Assembly (NCBI RefSeq): GCF_018350175.1
Contig: NC_058386.1
Span: forward strand, 5,022,001 to 5,086,000
DNA: 64,000 nt
From: Felis catus
Lineage: Eukaryota
Reading direction: 5' to 3'
Part shown: in pieces, positions 1 to 13,040 of the stretch
How positions within the stretch are numbered: the stretch's first letter is position 1
Layout of the letters: each line of letters opens with the position of its first letter
The notes under the pieces: generated by a model
What the model saw: only the letters and a program-made list of their open reading frames with translations
Databases searched by the model: none
Told to the model about the DNA's origin: nothing
Position numbers and translations under genes: made by a program

Positions 1-70
1 CACAGAGTCTGAGTCGGGGCTTGAGCCCACGAACTGTGAGATCATGACCTGAGCCATCCAGCCACCCCCT
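1..70 (-). mobile_element. CAN-SINE fragment (5' part, internally deleted, cut by window edge)
   Basis: ggggcttgagcccacgaactgtgagatcatgacctgagcc matches the reverse complement of the CAN-SINE B-box region. Confidence 0.8.
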
Positions 71-209
71 AATTAAAACAGTTCTTAATGTTAGCAGTTG
101 CACATTAGCCTAAACAATGGGCATTTTAAAAAAATCCCAACGCCTCCCTAGAACAGTGTGACAAAATCTCTTATTAAATCTCTTAATGCAGTTTGTAATG
201 TGTTTCCCA

Positions 210-410
210 TTTTTATGTTATTTATTTATGTTTATTGATTTTGAGAGAGAGAAAGAGCATGTACACATGAGTAGGGGAGGGGGATAGAGGATGTGGAGAG
301 TGAGAATCCCAACTGCGAGATGTGGGTCTTCATCCCACAAACCACGAGATCATAGCCTGAGCCAAAATGAAAACTTAGATGCTTAACCAACTGAGCTACC
401 CAGGTGCCCC
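210..410 (-). mobile_element. CAN-SINE (SINEC_Fc3-like)
   Basis: poly-T/tttattt tail, (GA)n, ends ctgagctacccaggtgcccc; decayed TSD aatgtgtttccca / aacgtgtatccaa. Confidence 0.9.
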
Positions 411-658
411 AACGTGTATCCAAATTTTAAAACATTGGACTAAAGTTGCAAACGGAGCTGTCCTTGCCATACCTCGCTTGTGTGCTTCTCAAGCTTTAAG
501 GTATGTAAAAATCACGTGGTGACCTTGTTAGGTTTCAGACTGTCATTGTTTGGAGTGGGAGCTGTTAATCTGCACCTACAGTAGGTCCACAGTTGAAGTC
601 ATTGTTCCTGCTTCAAGCTGAAACTTTGAGAAGCAATATCGTAATGGTAATTCCTGCC

Positions 659-834
659 NNNNNNNNNNNNNNNNNNNNNNNNNNNNNNNNNNNNNNNNNN
701 NNNNNNNNNNNNNNNNNNNNNNNNNNNNNNNNNNNNNNNNNNNNNNNNNNNNNNNNNNNNNNNNNNNNNNNNNNNNNNNNNNNNNNNNNNNNNNNNNNNN
801 NNNNNNNNNNNNNNNNNNNNNNNNNNNNNNNNNN
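659..834. other. assembly gap (176 N)
   Basis: run of N. Confidence 1.
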
Positions 835-867
835 CATTTCACCTACTGAGATGTAGAACATGCTTTT

Positions 868-1102
868 TATTTATTTTATTTTTTTTACTAAAATTATTTT
901 TAATCTTTATTTTTGAGAGAGAAAGAGAGACAGAGTGAGAGCAGGGGAGGAACAGAGAGAGAGGGAGACACAGAACCTGAAACAGGCTCCAGGCTCTGAG
1001 CTGTCAGCACAGAGACCGACACGGGGCTCCAACGCACGAACTGTGAGATCATGACCTGGGCTGAAGTCGGACACCTAACCGACTGAGCCACCCAGGCTCC
1101 CC
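868..1102 (-). mobile_element. CAN-SINE (SINEC_Fc2-like)
   Basis: full head-to-tail match; TSD acatgctttt at 858 and 1103. Confidence 0.95.
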
Positions 1103-1632
1103 ACATGCTTTTTCAATGACCTTTTTTTGGTGAGAGCACTGAGCAAAAATTCCGAATCTAAGAAAAAGAGAGAAATGGTTATGCCAGAGTGTCAGCAGAC
1201 TGTCAGTGTCTATCCAATGCACTGAGTTTTGCTACCTAAATCAGCGTCTGGTACAGAAAAAGCTCACAGAAGTGTAAAGTTGTAACCAACTGAAGGCCCC
1301 TGCCTTGCCTTGACATTTATGTAGCTGAAAGGGGCCATTACTTTAGGAAGTGCTCTCTCTGAGGCGTGATCTTCATTAGAACCACAGTGTCACTTCAGTC
1401 ATATTTCTTGAGTACACTGTCCTGGACAGACAAACATTGAAGTGAATTGTACTGTGACACCCTTACCATGTGGGCCATGACAGGTGGTCGTAATGTGGTT
1501 TTAAAAGTAGACTAATTGAAACACTGGGACAGTAACAGCTTTAGAAATACCTTCTCTGTTCATGTTAACCCTAAACAGCGAGTCAAGTTCAAAAGGCAAA
1601 GAGAAACGCAAATGACGTGTTGTAGCTCAAAT

Positions 1633-1635
<3 letters not shown>

Positions 1636-1698
<63 letters not shown>
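1636..1698. repeat. compound microsatellite (CA)n(GA)n
   Basis: directly visible. Confidence 0.98.
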
Positions 1699-2124
1699 AA
1701 ACAGAGATGACTCTACAAGTATAACATCAGGTATGGGTATGTCCAAAACACAGAATGTGAATAAGAAAATAAGCATGTTAACCCATGGACACACATACAT
1801 GTATCTTCATTGATGGGATGTAACTCAAACTTGGAATATAGCAGTCACAGCAGATGTATTGTTCAAATGATGGATACACATACTGTATGTTGGTGTCTGT
1901 CTGTACCTTTAGAAGGCCTGAAACTTACATGAGCCTACAAACGGGACATGGAAAGTGCAGTGGAACCCTTTAGGATTGAAACAATTGGACAGCTGTATGA
2001 CCTGGTGTGATAGGAGCTTATGTCAAGGGTCAGTGTCCACGGAGCTCCTATGGAGAATTATTTTTCATTTCCTTTCCTTTCTTTTTCTTTTCCTTTCCTT
2101 TTCTTCCCTTTCCTTTCCAGCTTA

Positions 2125-2238
2125 CTTACTTATTTATTTGTTTACTGAATTAATCTCTACACCCAACATGGGGCTGGAACGGATGACCCCAAGATGAAGA
2201 ATCTCATGGTCTTTTGACTGAGCCAGCCAGGTGACCCT
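2125..2238 (-). mobile_element. short old CAN-SINE (SINEC_b/c type); tail expanded into CT/TTTC-rich tract from about 2060
   Basis: aatctctacacccaacatggggct...gactgagccagccaggtgaccct. Confidence 0.85.
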
Positions 2239-2489
2239 GGAAAATGTTTTCTAAACAAAAACAACAAAACACCACAAATGATAAGCAATAGAAGGCCACT
2301 TTCGGTGACAAATAGAGCATAAAAGAGTCTTACTTGCTGAGATTTTGACCGAAGAAATGGCAGTGAAATGATATTTATTGTTATGGACACATAAACGTGT
2401 ATGAGTGTATATGTATGTATATGTAAGAATATGTATTCACCAGGTATACGCGCATACTAGGTGTTTTTACATGTGCAATTTTTGAATTT

Positions 2490-2610
2490 TTACAAGACCC
2501 CGTGAGGCACTTACTATATGGAGCTGAGGCAGTACACAGTCTGAGAGCTTAAATAATTTATAGGGTGTCAGGCAGGTAGTAAGTTACAAAGCTGGAAATC
2601 AACCCCGTAA
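2490..2610 (-). mobile_element. MIR remnant
   Basis: acaagaccccgtgagg...ctgaggcag...gtagtaagttacaaagctggaaatcaacccc resembles the MIR core. Confidence 0.5.
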
Positions 2611-3082
2611 GTTGTTTTTTAATGTATTAAGTGAATTTACTGGTACTGTCCACTACTAATCAGACCAAGAATAGGTTCCTACACCCTGGATGGCTATATG
2701 CTATTAACTAATGCATGAAAGAAACCTATTATTTAAAAAAGAAACAAAGAAATTAATAGTCTCTCATGTTTATACTAAACAGGCAGTACTATCTTTTTTT
2801 TTTGAGGCAAATACTTTCTAAAATTTATTTATTTTTTATCATTTACATCCATGTTAGCACATGGTGCAACAATGATTTCAGGAGTAGATTCCTTAAGCCC
2901 CTTACCCATTTAACCCATCCCCCCTCCCACACCCCCTCCAGTAAGCCTCTGTTCTCCATATTGAAGAGTTTCTTATGTTTTATCCAACCTCCTTGTTTTT
3001 ATATTATTTTTGCTTCTCTTCCCGTATGTTTATGTGTTTTGTATCTTAAATGCCTCATATGAGTGAATTCATGATATTTGTT

Positions 3083-3245
3083 NNNNNNNNNNNNNNNNNN
3101 NNNNNNNNNNNNNNNNNNNNNNNNNNNNNNNNNNNNNNNNNNNNNNNNNNNNNNNNNNNNNNNNNNNNNNNNNNNNNNNNNNNNNNNNNNNNNNNNNNNN
3201 NNNNNNNNNNNNNNNNNNNNNNNNNNNNNNNNNNNNNNNNNNNNN
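3083..3245. other. assembly gap (163 N) inside L1
   Basis: run of N. Confidence 1.
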
Positions 3246-3353
3246 TTTGGCTATTGTTGATAGTGCTGCTAGAAACATGGGGGTGCGTGTGTCCCTTCGA
3301 AACAGCACACCTGTATCCCGTGGATAAATGCCTAGTAGTGCATTTGCTGGGTC

Positions 3354-4958
3354 CTAGGGTAGTTCTATTTTTAGTTTTTTGAGGAACCTCCATACTGTTT
3401 TCCAGAGTGGCTGCACCAGTTTGCATTCCCACCAACAATGCAAAAGAGATCCTGTTTCTCCGCATCCTCGCCAACACCTGTTGTTGCCTGAGTTGTTAAT
3501 GTTAGCCGTTCTGACAGGTGTGAGGTGGTATCTCATTGTGGTTTTGATTTGTATTTCCCTGATGATGAGTGATGTTGAATATTTTTTCATGTGTTGGTTG
3601 GCCATCTGGATATCTTCTTTGGAGAAGTGTCTCTTCATGTCTTTGGCCCATTTCTTCACTGGATTATTTGTTTTTTGGGTCTTGAGTTTGATAAGTTCTC
3701 TATAGATTTTGNNNNNNNNNNNNNNNNNNNNNNNNNNNNNNNNNNNNNNNNNNNNNNNNNNNNNNNNNNNNNNNNNNNNNNNNNNNNNNNNNNNNNNNNN
3801 NNNNNNNNNNNNNNNNNNNNNNNNNNNNNNNNNNNNNNNNNNTTTTGCTTTTGTTTCCTTTGCCTCTGGAGATGTGTCAAGTAAGAAGTTGCCACGGGCA
3901 AGATCAAAGAGGTTTTTGCCTGCTTTCTGCTTGAGGATTTTGATGGCTTCCTGTCTTATGTTTAGGTCTTTCATCCATTTTGAGTTTATTTTTGTGTACA
4001 GTGTAGGAAAGTGGTCCAGGTTCATTCTTCTGCATGTCGCTGTCCAGTGTTCCCAGCACTACTTCCTGAAGAGACTGTCTTCCTTCCATTGGATATTCTT
4101 TCCTGCTTTGTCAAAGATCAGTTGGCCATATGTTTGTGGGTCCATTTCTGGGTTCTCTATTCTGTTCCATTGAGCTGAGTGTCTGTTTTGGTCCCAGTAC
4201 CATACTGTCTTGATGATTACAGCTTTGTAATACATCTTAAAGTCCAGGATTGTGATGCCTCCTGCTTTGGTTTTCTTTTTCAAGATTGCTTTGGCTATTT
4301 GGTGTCTTTTCTGGTTCCATACAAATTTTAGGATTGTTTGCTCTAGCTCTGTGAAGAATGCTGGTGTTATTTTGATAGGGATATGTAGATTGCTTTGGGT
4401 AGTATTGACATTTTAACAATATTTGTTCCTCCTATCCAGGAGCATGGAATCTTTTCCCATTTTTTTGTGTCTTCTTCAATTTCTTGCATAAGTTTTCTAT
4501 AGATTTCAGTGTATAGATTTGTCACCTCTTTGGTTAGATTTTTTCCTAGGTACTTTATGGGTTTTAGTGCAATTGTAAATGGGATCAATCCTTGATTTCT
4601 CTTTCTGTTGCTTCATTATTGGTGTATAGGAATGCAATCAATTTCTATGCATTGATTTTATATCCTGCAACTTTGCTGAATTCATGGATCAGTTCTAGCA
4701 GTTTTTTAGTAGAATCTTTGGGTTTTCCATATAGAATATCATGTCATCTGTGAAGAGTGAAAGTTTGACTTCCTCCTGGCCGATTTGGATGCCTTTTATT
4801 TCTTTGTGTTATCTCATTGATGAGGCTAAGACTTCCAATACTATGTTGAATAACAGTGGCAAGAGCAGACATCCCTGTCTTGTTCCTGACCTTAGGGGAG
4901 AAAGCTCTGAGTTTTTACCCATTGGGGATTGTATTAGCATTGGGTCTTTTCATATATG
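3354..4958 (-). pseudogene. disrupted L1 ORF2 (end of RT domain and C-terminal CCHC region)
   Basis: SLFTDDM (mutated FADD motif) at about 4740-4760; [48 protein letters not shown] spread over several frames with frameshifts and stops. Confidence 0.95.
3712..3842. other. assembly gap (131 N) inside L1
   Basis: run of N. Confidence 1.
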
Positions 4959-5324
4959 CTCTCTGTATTCTCCCTCCGCCCCCCCCCCCAACTGCATCTC
5001 TGTCTTGTCTCTGCAAGCAAAAACCTCTCCCTGCCCTCCTCAGCTTCTGTCTCCCCCACTTCACCTCTCCATGCCGCGTACCTGCTCAATTCTCTTCTTC
5101 AGGTTGTGCAGATTGTTGTCTTAATCCTTCAATCAGTTTTCTAGGTGTGCAGGATGGTGTAGTGTTGATCTGGCTGCATTTCAGAGGCAAGAGATGCAAA
5201 AAAATGTCCATGCCTCTCCACCACCTTGGCCCCTCTCTGCGCAATAGTGTCCTTAAAAAGAAGTTGCTTCTACCTAGGACAGTATTTGTGGTGAGGATTT
5301 GTGTCTGACCCTACAGGCGATGCT

Positions 5325-5425
5325 GATAGTTAGGTATGAGGGTCCTCACTTTGTCCATGAGGAAACTGGGCCCGCAAGAGGTTAATCTGTCACCTGGTAA
5401 AACACCTAGCAAATGACAGAGTCCC
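5325..5425 (-). mobile_element. MIR remnant
   Basis: atgaggaaactgggccc...agaggttaa...ctagcaaatgacagag. Confidence 0.6.
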
Positions 5426-6523
5426 TGCCCTGCCTCTTCCTTGTTCTGTGGTGTGGGCTCCATGATACCTGTGCACCTTTTCCTGCAGAGAGCATGTCCA
5501 TTTCCATCCCTGTTGGCCCTGCCCCGGCCCCCTGGGTGTATGTAGTTGCTTCCCTGTCTCCATTCCCCATCGCCAGCTGTACCTGGATGCCCACATGTGT
5601 CTCTCTGTGGGCAGGTCCCACTTCTCTTTCCCTTCTGTCGCCCTACACATTTTGCAAGAAAGCAGTTGCTTTGGTGCCCTGCATTCACCCAAAGACAATG
5701 GGGGATCCAGAGCCTCATTTCAAATCCGAGTGAGATGGCTGGGCTCCACATCGTCTTTTATGTCTGCCAACACGGTCCTGCTCAGAGGAGTTATCTCTAA
5801 TTAGGAAGATACGATGCCCATGGCAGGTTGTAGCGTTTAAACCGCTCAGGTGCTATTATGTGGACAGTTCATCTGGCCGGCAGCCACAGACCTCACTGTG
5901 CCGAGCCCTGCTCACAGCCCTGTGAAGGATCCCCTACTTTCCACCAGGCAACTTCCTCTTTCATTTTATCAGATTATAATATTGGACTTAGTTGGACAGT
6001 GGGCTGTAATTCTTCTAGTGATCCCTCTGTGCGTCCAGACAAAACATTCTTGCCCAGCAGTCCCAGAATTGAAATTTTGCAGTGGGTCAGAATAGAGGAC
6101 TCCCAGGGGCCTGAAAATGGATAAATGATCAGTTCCCAAGCTTGGTCCTGCATGAAATACTTTGACCTCCACTCAGGTATAATGCAGGCCTGTTTGAATG
6201 TCATCGTAGGAAGGGTTTTATCTGCAGGTGTGAGGAACACCATGGAGTATCATTTTAGTACCCTGGCTGGTACATATTGCTTGGGGGTGGCTCCATCATT
6301 AAATATTAAAGAAAAGAGTGAAGAAGGCATGAGATGAAATTGTCTGGAAACCCAGTGAATATTCTTCTACTCAGTGATGTTCTTTGCTAAGTAAAATGTG
6401 ACTAACTAGCACAATATTTTTGTTTTCATTAATTTGGTTCTCAGAGGACTTGAATAAGAATTGTCAATAGCAATCTCTGGCCAAATCTGGGTTCTTCAGT
6501 GGTGTCTTGAAAACTTCTGCCCC

Positions 6524-6886
6524 TGTCTCATACTTCTCGGGCTGCTATAACAGATACCATGGACTCGGTGGCTTAATAAGCAACAGAAATTCATTTCTTG
6601 TAGTTGTGGAGGCCACAAGCCCAAGATCAAGGCACAGGTAGATTCAGTGTCTTGTGAGAACCCATTTCCTAGTTCATAGATGGCCGTCTTCTTGCTATGT
6701 CTTCACATTGCCAAAGGGGTGGGAGATCTCTCTGGGGTCTATTTTATAAGGGAACTAATTCCATTTTGAGGGCTCTACCCTTATGACCTAAACACCTGCC
6801 AGAGGCCCCATCTCCAAATACCAGCCCAGTAGGGAAAACCATTTAGAGGTGGGTTATGGCTGGTCACAAACATTCATGCCATAGCA
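6524..6886 (-). mobile_element. MLT1A/MLT1A0-like solo LTR (ERVL-MaLR)
   Basis: gggctgctataacagatacc...ggtggctta...aacagaaattcatttc...caagatcaagg...ttttataagggaactaat...acaaacattcatgccatagca; TG...CA ends. Confidence 0.85.
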
Positions 6887-9022
6887 CTTCTTAAGACTGG
6901 GCTGGCTTCTTGGCACCTTCTTGAAGGGGGATATGAGATAGACACAGGTAATGAATTGAGAAGCCTACAGTGTGTAGTGATTAGAAACCTCATTTTCCCC
7001 AACTGAAAATGTCCTGGAATGCTAGAGCCTGTCTCCCTGGTGTCTACTGGGGCCATGACAGTGCTCTCAAAGAAAGCCAATTGTCACAATGGCTTGTGGT
7101 CTCTCATGGTTTGGGAAGGATACAGAGATATTGCCTGAGAGTTGTGACTTCATAGGTTGGAGGAGTGGGGTGTGGCTCACCTGAACTTTTGTGTGACATG
7201 TAGGGAACGTAGAAGTTTATGTAAGTGTAATGAGGAGGTACAGAGGTGCTGAGAAGGGCACAGGGTCAACAGAGGCTGCAGAGAGGGATTGAAGGCTTCC
7301 CTGTACAGGCTTGGGGACCAGGGGTGCATGGCACACCTTCCCAGAAGGATAGATGACACAGATATGACCAAGTCCAGGATCCAGACCACACGGGTTTGTG
7401 TGTGAGCACTCAGGGAAGCAATGTGTATCCAGTCTTCCTTCTCCTGAGCACCATGAAGTCATGGTGGTTTGCCAATGGACACAGATGTCATCTTGGAAAT
7501 AAGAGTTTCTTAGTGGGGCCATGGTAGACTGAGCCTTTATCCAGAAGACCAAGCCATGTAAGAACATGAATGGAAGGAACTGTCCTGCTCAGATTTGATG
7601 GGTTGACAGTGTGTGATCATCTCCCTCTCTTAATGAAGTGGGGAGGATTAGATCTACTTTTCAATAAATCAAGATGTCATAACATTTGTTTGCACATCTG
7701 AGTATAAAATGAAAACATTTTCAAGTGGGGAAGAGACAATGGAATGTAGGTAGATGCTTAATCTCATTCTCTGTTAATTAAGCAACTAGGTAAAATACGA
7801 ATTAACAAGTTGCTTTTTCAATAAAGCCCACACAGTAACCTTGGCATTTAGGTCATTTTTGGTGAAAGGTTGAAGAGAAGTCAAAGTTTAGTTATATATT
7901 GTGTTTCTAGGGGCAGAAGAAGGGCGTCCCTAAAGACATGTACAGGAATAATTCTTTCTAGACTGGAGAATGAGTTCTAAGGCTTGCCTTGGCTAAGTTT
8001 TCCAACGCACCTATGTTCTCGCAGCTGGCTCCGGGCAGTATAGCTCCCATGCGGTCTTTATGATAGAAACACCGCAGTGCGGACCATGAGAGTGAACACT
8101 TAGGGTTGTATTATTAAAAACATATTTTTGCTAGAGAGTTTTCAAAAATGAAATGTCTTGCTCCTATGGGTCTTAGGAGAGATCTGGCTAGTTTACAATA
8201 TCACAATTACAGAACCTGGGAAACAGTCATTTATCTGTGCATATCAGTGGGCCTTGCACACAGATCTCTTTCCTACGGTGTCTTTTAAAAATGGCATAGC
8301 TTGTATACAAAAATGTTCTTTTGAGATTCTTCCGCACATATTTAACTGAAACCTAGGATAATTTCAGAGCTGTTTTTTATTCCCCTAATGGTTTAATTGC
8401 TATGGGAACCTATTCCATTCTCCACATCATAGTTACAAACAGAAGCCCTTTATTTTCCCAGATCCATGCTGGGGGAATATTCCATTTTGACCACATCCCA
8501 ATTAGAGGGGGAGTCATAAGGGCCATGTGCAATTTTAAGTTTTAATAATTGTATATGAACAGAGGATTGATGCAGATACCTTAGTCTGATTGTTCATTCA
8601 TCAAAACCCAATTCTTTGGAGGAACTCAGGGTCAAGTTCACAAACTCAATTTACAAAATTGCTCAGCAGTATCCAGGGAGCATTTTCACTACGTTAGAAA
8701 CTTGTAAGCCTGAAAACTTGGAAAATTTGGAAGAATGAGTAAGGCATTTGCTCTTAATGGAACATGCTTTTATGTATAGAATGAGATTGTTTCAATCATA
8801 TGCACACATGAGCTTTTTAAAGCTGAAGGGAACCCAATAAATATCACAGGCAGAACAACCTATCTAATAGAATGTTGGGTATTTCTTGATGGATTAGGTC
8901 CAAAATATATTTTCCCTACCCCGAGAAACATTACAGTATATTTTCTCATAAAATCCTGTAACAGGTTTCTTTTTCATGTCCTTCATCTATCAGTAATGAG
9001 GTTTGTTTAAGATATAAAATGA

Positions 9023-9240
9023 GGGGCGCCTGGGTGGCTCAGTCAGATAAGCATTCAACTTCAGCTCGAGTCACGATTCATGGTTGGTGAGTTTGAGCCC
9101 CGCGTCGGGCTCTGTCTTGACAGCTCAGAGCCTGGAGCCTGCTTTAGATTCTGTGTCTCTGACTCTCTCTCTCTCTCTCTCTGTGCCTCCCCTACTCGCC
9201 TTCTGTCTCTCTCTGTGTTTCTCAAAAATAAACATTTTTT
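9023..9240 (+). mobile_element. CAN-SINE (SINEC_Fc2-like)
   Basis: ggggcgcctgggtggctcagtc head, (CT)n, aataaa tail. Confidence 0.95.
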
Positions 9241-9256
9241 AAAAACCACAGAGATT

Positions 9257-9480
9257 GGGGCTCCTGGGTGGCGCAGTCGGTTAAGCGTCCGACTTCAGCC
9301 AGGTCACGATCTCGCAGTCGGTGAGTTCGAGCCCCGCGTCAGGCTCTGCGCTGATGGCTCAGAGCCTGGAGCTTGTTTCCGATTCTGTGTCTCCCTCTCT
9401 CTCTGCCCCTCCCCCATTCATGCTCTGTCTCTCTCTGTCCCAAAAATAAATAAATGTTGAAAAAAAATTTAAAAAATAAT
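9257..9480 (+). mobile_element. young SINEC_Fc inserted at the tail of the preceding SINE
   Basis: ggcgcagtcggttaagcgtccgacttcagccagg; perfect 15-bp TSD aaaaaccacagagat (9241, 9481). Confidence 0.95.
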
Positions 9481-9571
9481 AAAAACCACAGAGATATAGT
9501 TCACAAATAAGTCATGGCTTTCACTATGCAAATATAGCTCTTAAAAAAAAAGACATGAGAGGAAAAGTCCA

Positions 9572-9772
9572 GGCGTGTGTGGGTAGTGGCTCAATCAATT
9601 AAACATCCAACTCTTCATACCGCTGAGGTCATAATCTTGTGATTGTGGCATCGAGCCCCAGGTCAGGCTCTGTGCTGAGCGGACCCTGCTTGGGATTCGC
9701 TCTCCTTCTCTCTCTAACCCTGTCCCATGTACACTCTCTCTCAATAAGTAAATAAAACTTAAAAAAAAAAAA
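9572..9772 (+). mobile_element. older CAN-SINE (Fc3-like)
   Basis: gagccccaggtcaggctctgtgctg...ctgcttgggattc, A tail; decayed TSD aaagacatga...agtcca. Confidence 0.85.
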
Positions 9773-10896
9773 CAAAGACATGAAAAGTAGTCCATGTCCC
9801 TTAGCTTTTCTATTGATCACCAATTATCTTGTCATATTAATTGATGAGTCCCCAAGTTAGTGCATTGCTACCTCTATTAATATCCTTTTTCCATACATGT
9901 ATCGGTGTGTTTCAGGATGAGTCTATTCATTCTTTCCAATGACTAATTGTCCATTGCGAAACAACAATTGTACCTGACCAAAGAATTTACCTAAGTCTAC
10001 TGTAAGGTGTTTCTCTATAAACTTCTAGCATGTTTAACTTTACAAGGTACCAGACATTGGATGATAAACCATAATTTTCGAAAATATTTATTGTAAGTCA
10101 TTTCTGATAACTTTAAATGCAATAAACTTTTATATTGATCTTATCGTAGCCCAACCTGGTAAATTCTACCATTTGTTCAATAATTGGTATGCTGATTATT
10201 TGGGGGTTTCCACGTAGCGATCATTTCATCTTCAAGCCATTCATTTGTTTTCTTTCCAGTCCTTATCCTTTCAATTTATGCATTTGTTTTGTTATTACAT
10301 AGTATGTGTCCTTCCGTGCATAGTACAACAGGAATGATTTCTGTCTTGCATTTGCTATGAACTATACGTTTGTAGTAGTTGATTAGGTAAGATGGTTACT
10401 TCTTTTCCTGTTTCAGTAATGGTCACTATCATGAATGAGTGTTGAATTCAAAGTTCACTAAATGTTCTCTAGGGAAACTCTGACTTTTTTTCTTAAAAAA
10501 TATCATATGTATAGCTTGTAGCCAATAATAAGGTAGGTGTGGAATATTGTGAGTTCATTCCAGTCCTTGTGAAGACTAAAAATTAACCTGCTTTTAAGAA
10601 GATACTGTTGAAAGGATATATATAAGGATTAATTGGGCCACTAATCCTTAGAAATTATGGTGTCATTCATACTTTATCCGGACAAATTATTGATAGTTTC
10701 TTACTGAATTATGACACATAATGTGCCCATGTTACAGTTCATAATACTGAAATGGATTGAGTTAGTGGTAGCATTAAGATAACACCATGCATAATAATTT
10801 ATTTATTGGTTTTCTTGAATGACATTGATAAGTATCAGTTGGTAGAGGTACAAAATTTCAAGAACGTCATGTCTTGTATAAATTTGCTACAGTATA

Positions 10897-11106
10897 GGGG
10901 CGCCTGGGTGGCTCAGTCGGTTAAGCATTCAACTTAGGCTCAGGTCATGATCTCACGGTTTGTGGGTTCAAGCCCCACATCAGTCTCATGCTAACAGCTC
11001 AGATCCTGGAGACTGCTTCAGATTCTTTGTCTCCTTCCGTCTTTGCCCCTTTCCCACTCACGCTCTGTCTATCTCTCTAAAAATTAAACAAACATTTAAA
11101 AAATAA
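10897..11106 (+). mobile_element. CAN-SINE (SINEC_Fc2-like)
   Basis: full element; decayed TSD ataaatttgctacagtata / ataaatttggtatactata. Confidence 0.95.
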
Positions 11107-13040
11107 ATAAATTTGGTATACTATAATGTTAATGCAGTGTTCATACAAATTACATGCCTTTCCTGAAAGCACCTGCTCCATAATAAAATTAGTGAGTGTC
11201 CCTAGATGTTGTTGTGGAGGGACATACTGGACACTGCACAGACCTGAACCATGTCACTGGACCGAATCAGGTTGCTTTGTCCATGTGGAGTCAGGGGACA
11301 AATAAGGTTGACTTCAAGTCTGCAGTTCAGACATAGCTTCTGGTTGAGTCTGCTACATGCTTTCCAGTTGAGGCCACTAGTGTGTCCTTGTTCTCCCGAA
11401 TTTCCTGTCCTGCTGCAATGTGCTTTCGTGGCTAGTGTCTTATGGATATCATCCTCTTCCTGTGAGAAGCCCCCCAAGGTGACTTTTAGAAAAGAATGCA
11501 CACAAATTCAGATCAGATGGGCAAGCATCACTTCCCAGCATGTCTGCTGTTTCATAGTGAAATGAAGACTTCTGATCTTCAAGGTAAGAATGTGATCTCC
11601 AAGCAGTTTTGGTCATCACATACTGAAATCCTCTGTAATTGAATGGTCGGGAGGTCTCATCAGGGCCCCCATTTAAATCATAGATTTATTGGATATTTTA
11701 ATCTCTCTGTGTTTTGTTCAAATCACAAGTCGCCAAGTCTTCTCCAGAATGACATGAGAACTTTCAATGAGGGCCCATTTGGACAAAGTCATTGTCTCTG
11801 CTGATTAGCGATGAGAACTCTGTGTTCACTTAGAATAGGCAATTATTTGTTTGCAAGAATTGAGGTCATATTCTTTCCCATTTGTTGCATGTTGTTAGGA
11901 GGAATTCAAGTTTGCTATTCGGACAGGTGTCCTACGCCCAGCCTTGTCATGACATTTTGCCTCTGGAAAGATATTACCATTGTGCATACTTAAGGACAAA
12001 ATATGGGTGACTCTTCCTTTGGGACAGAAAGAGGTCCATCTATTTTGTGCAAAAAGAGGCCAAAATACAGATTCTATTAACTCCTTTAACTTTGCTGACA
12101 TAGTGTCCTTGTTTACCAACAAAATAACGTATTCAAGAGAACTCCTGAGTTGAAATGAAATTCTCAGGGATTTCCTGAGGTTCTGATTTTAAAATCTTCC
12201 AAAGAACAGTGTTGGCTTGAGGTCCTCAGTGTGTTCCTTTAGGTCATGCAAGTGAAAACCTCACCTCCCAATGACGATGGATGGTTACCACTCCGTACTC
12301 CTCATTTCCACAGCCTTTCTCTATACCTTATTTTAGTATCATGAATTTGCATGCTGGAAGTCCTGCATGGAAAATAGCAGCACCCTGGGATGGAGACCCT
12401 CCTTCATGATACAAACATTTTCTAGAGTAAATCAGGCCTCAGGGTTTAAAACATTATATGTGAGTAATCTCCCTCCAACATGTTTCCAAGGAGAAAGAGA
12501 TGCCATCTGGGTCCTGGGAGCTTTAAACACGAAGAATCCAGATTTAGTTTAAATAGGTACCACCCTCTGCTTTGGCCATGATCCCAAGCTTTGGGACTCT
12601 TTCTCTGTATACAATTTCTTACTAATCAAAGACCTATTTCATGAAGCTTACCGGTAGTATTTTTTCTAATAACAAGTGGTGGTAGAAAGACACTTAAGAA
12701 ATTACTCTCAGGCCTGAGAGAGAGAGACTGAGGAAAAGTTTCTTCTCATTTTTAGCCAGTGTGCCTGGAGCTCAGGGTCAAGTTTGTATATAATTATAGA
12801 TTCCCCAACTTATTTTTTTAATGTATGTATTCACTTTTATTTAACTTCTTGGCTTTTGCCTTCTTAGTCAGTTCTTAGTGGTTTGGGATTTTCTCTATCC
12901 AAATCATTTATTATTGAGCATTTTCAAATATTTGTACTATAAAATATTAAAGAGATCACTTTATAGTTTTACAGTAAAATAAGATCACTTTACAGTTTTT
13001 TAAACTTAATCTAACCTTCATGTATTCGAAAGTGCTAGGC

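Larger units (their letters stand above)
2795..5235 (-). mobile_element. felid/carnivore LINE-1 with both ends retained and a large internal deletion (5'UTR 4959-5235 joined to ORF2 3' part, 3'UTR and poly-A)
   Basis: ORF2 peptides, L1 3'UTR and poly-T at about 2795-3080; sense 5' end gaggggccaaggtggtgg (decayed caagatggcgg YY1 motif); possible decayed TSD gcagtactatcttt / gcaatagtgtcctt. Confidence 0.9.

Noticed and set aside
576-861. ORFs containing long X runs (also 3050-4173 and 50400-50717)
   Set aside because: Artefacts of translating through N gaps
5311-5751. 146-aa minus-strand ORF and overlapping ORFs in a GC-richer patch
   Set aside because: No recognisable domain, overlaps a MIR remnant, and is open in several frames because of composition
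11490-11583. Possible exon ttttag|...caag|gtaaga with one open frame
   Set aside because: Good donor but weak polypyrimidine tract and unrecognised peptide; expected by chance in 64 kb without RNA evidence
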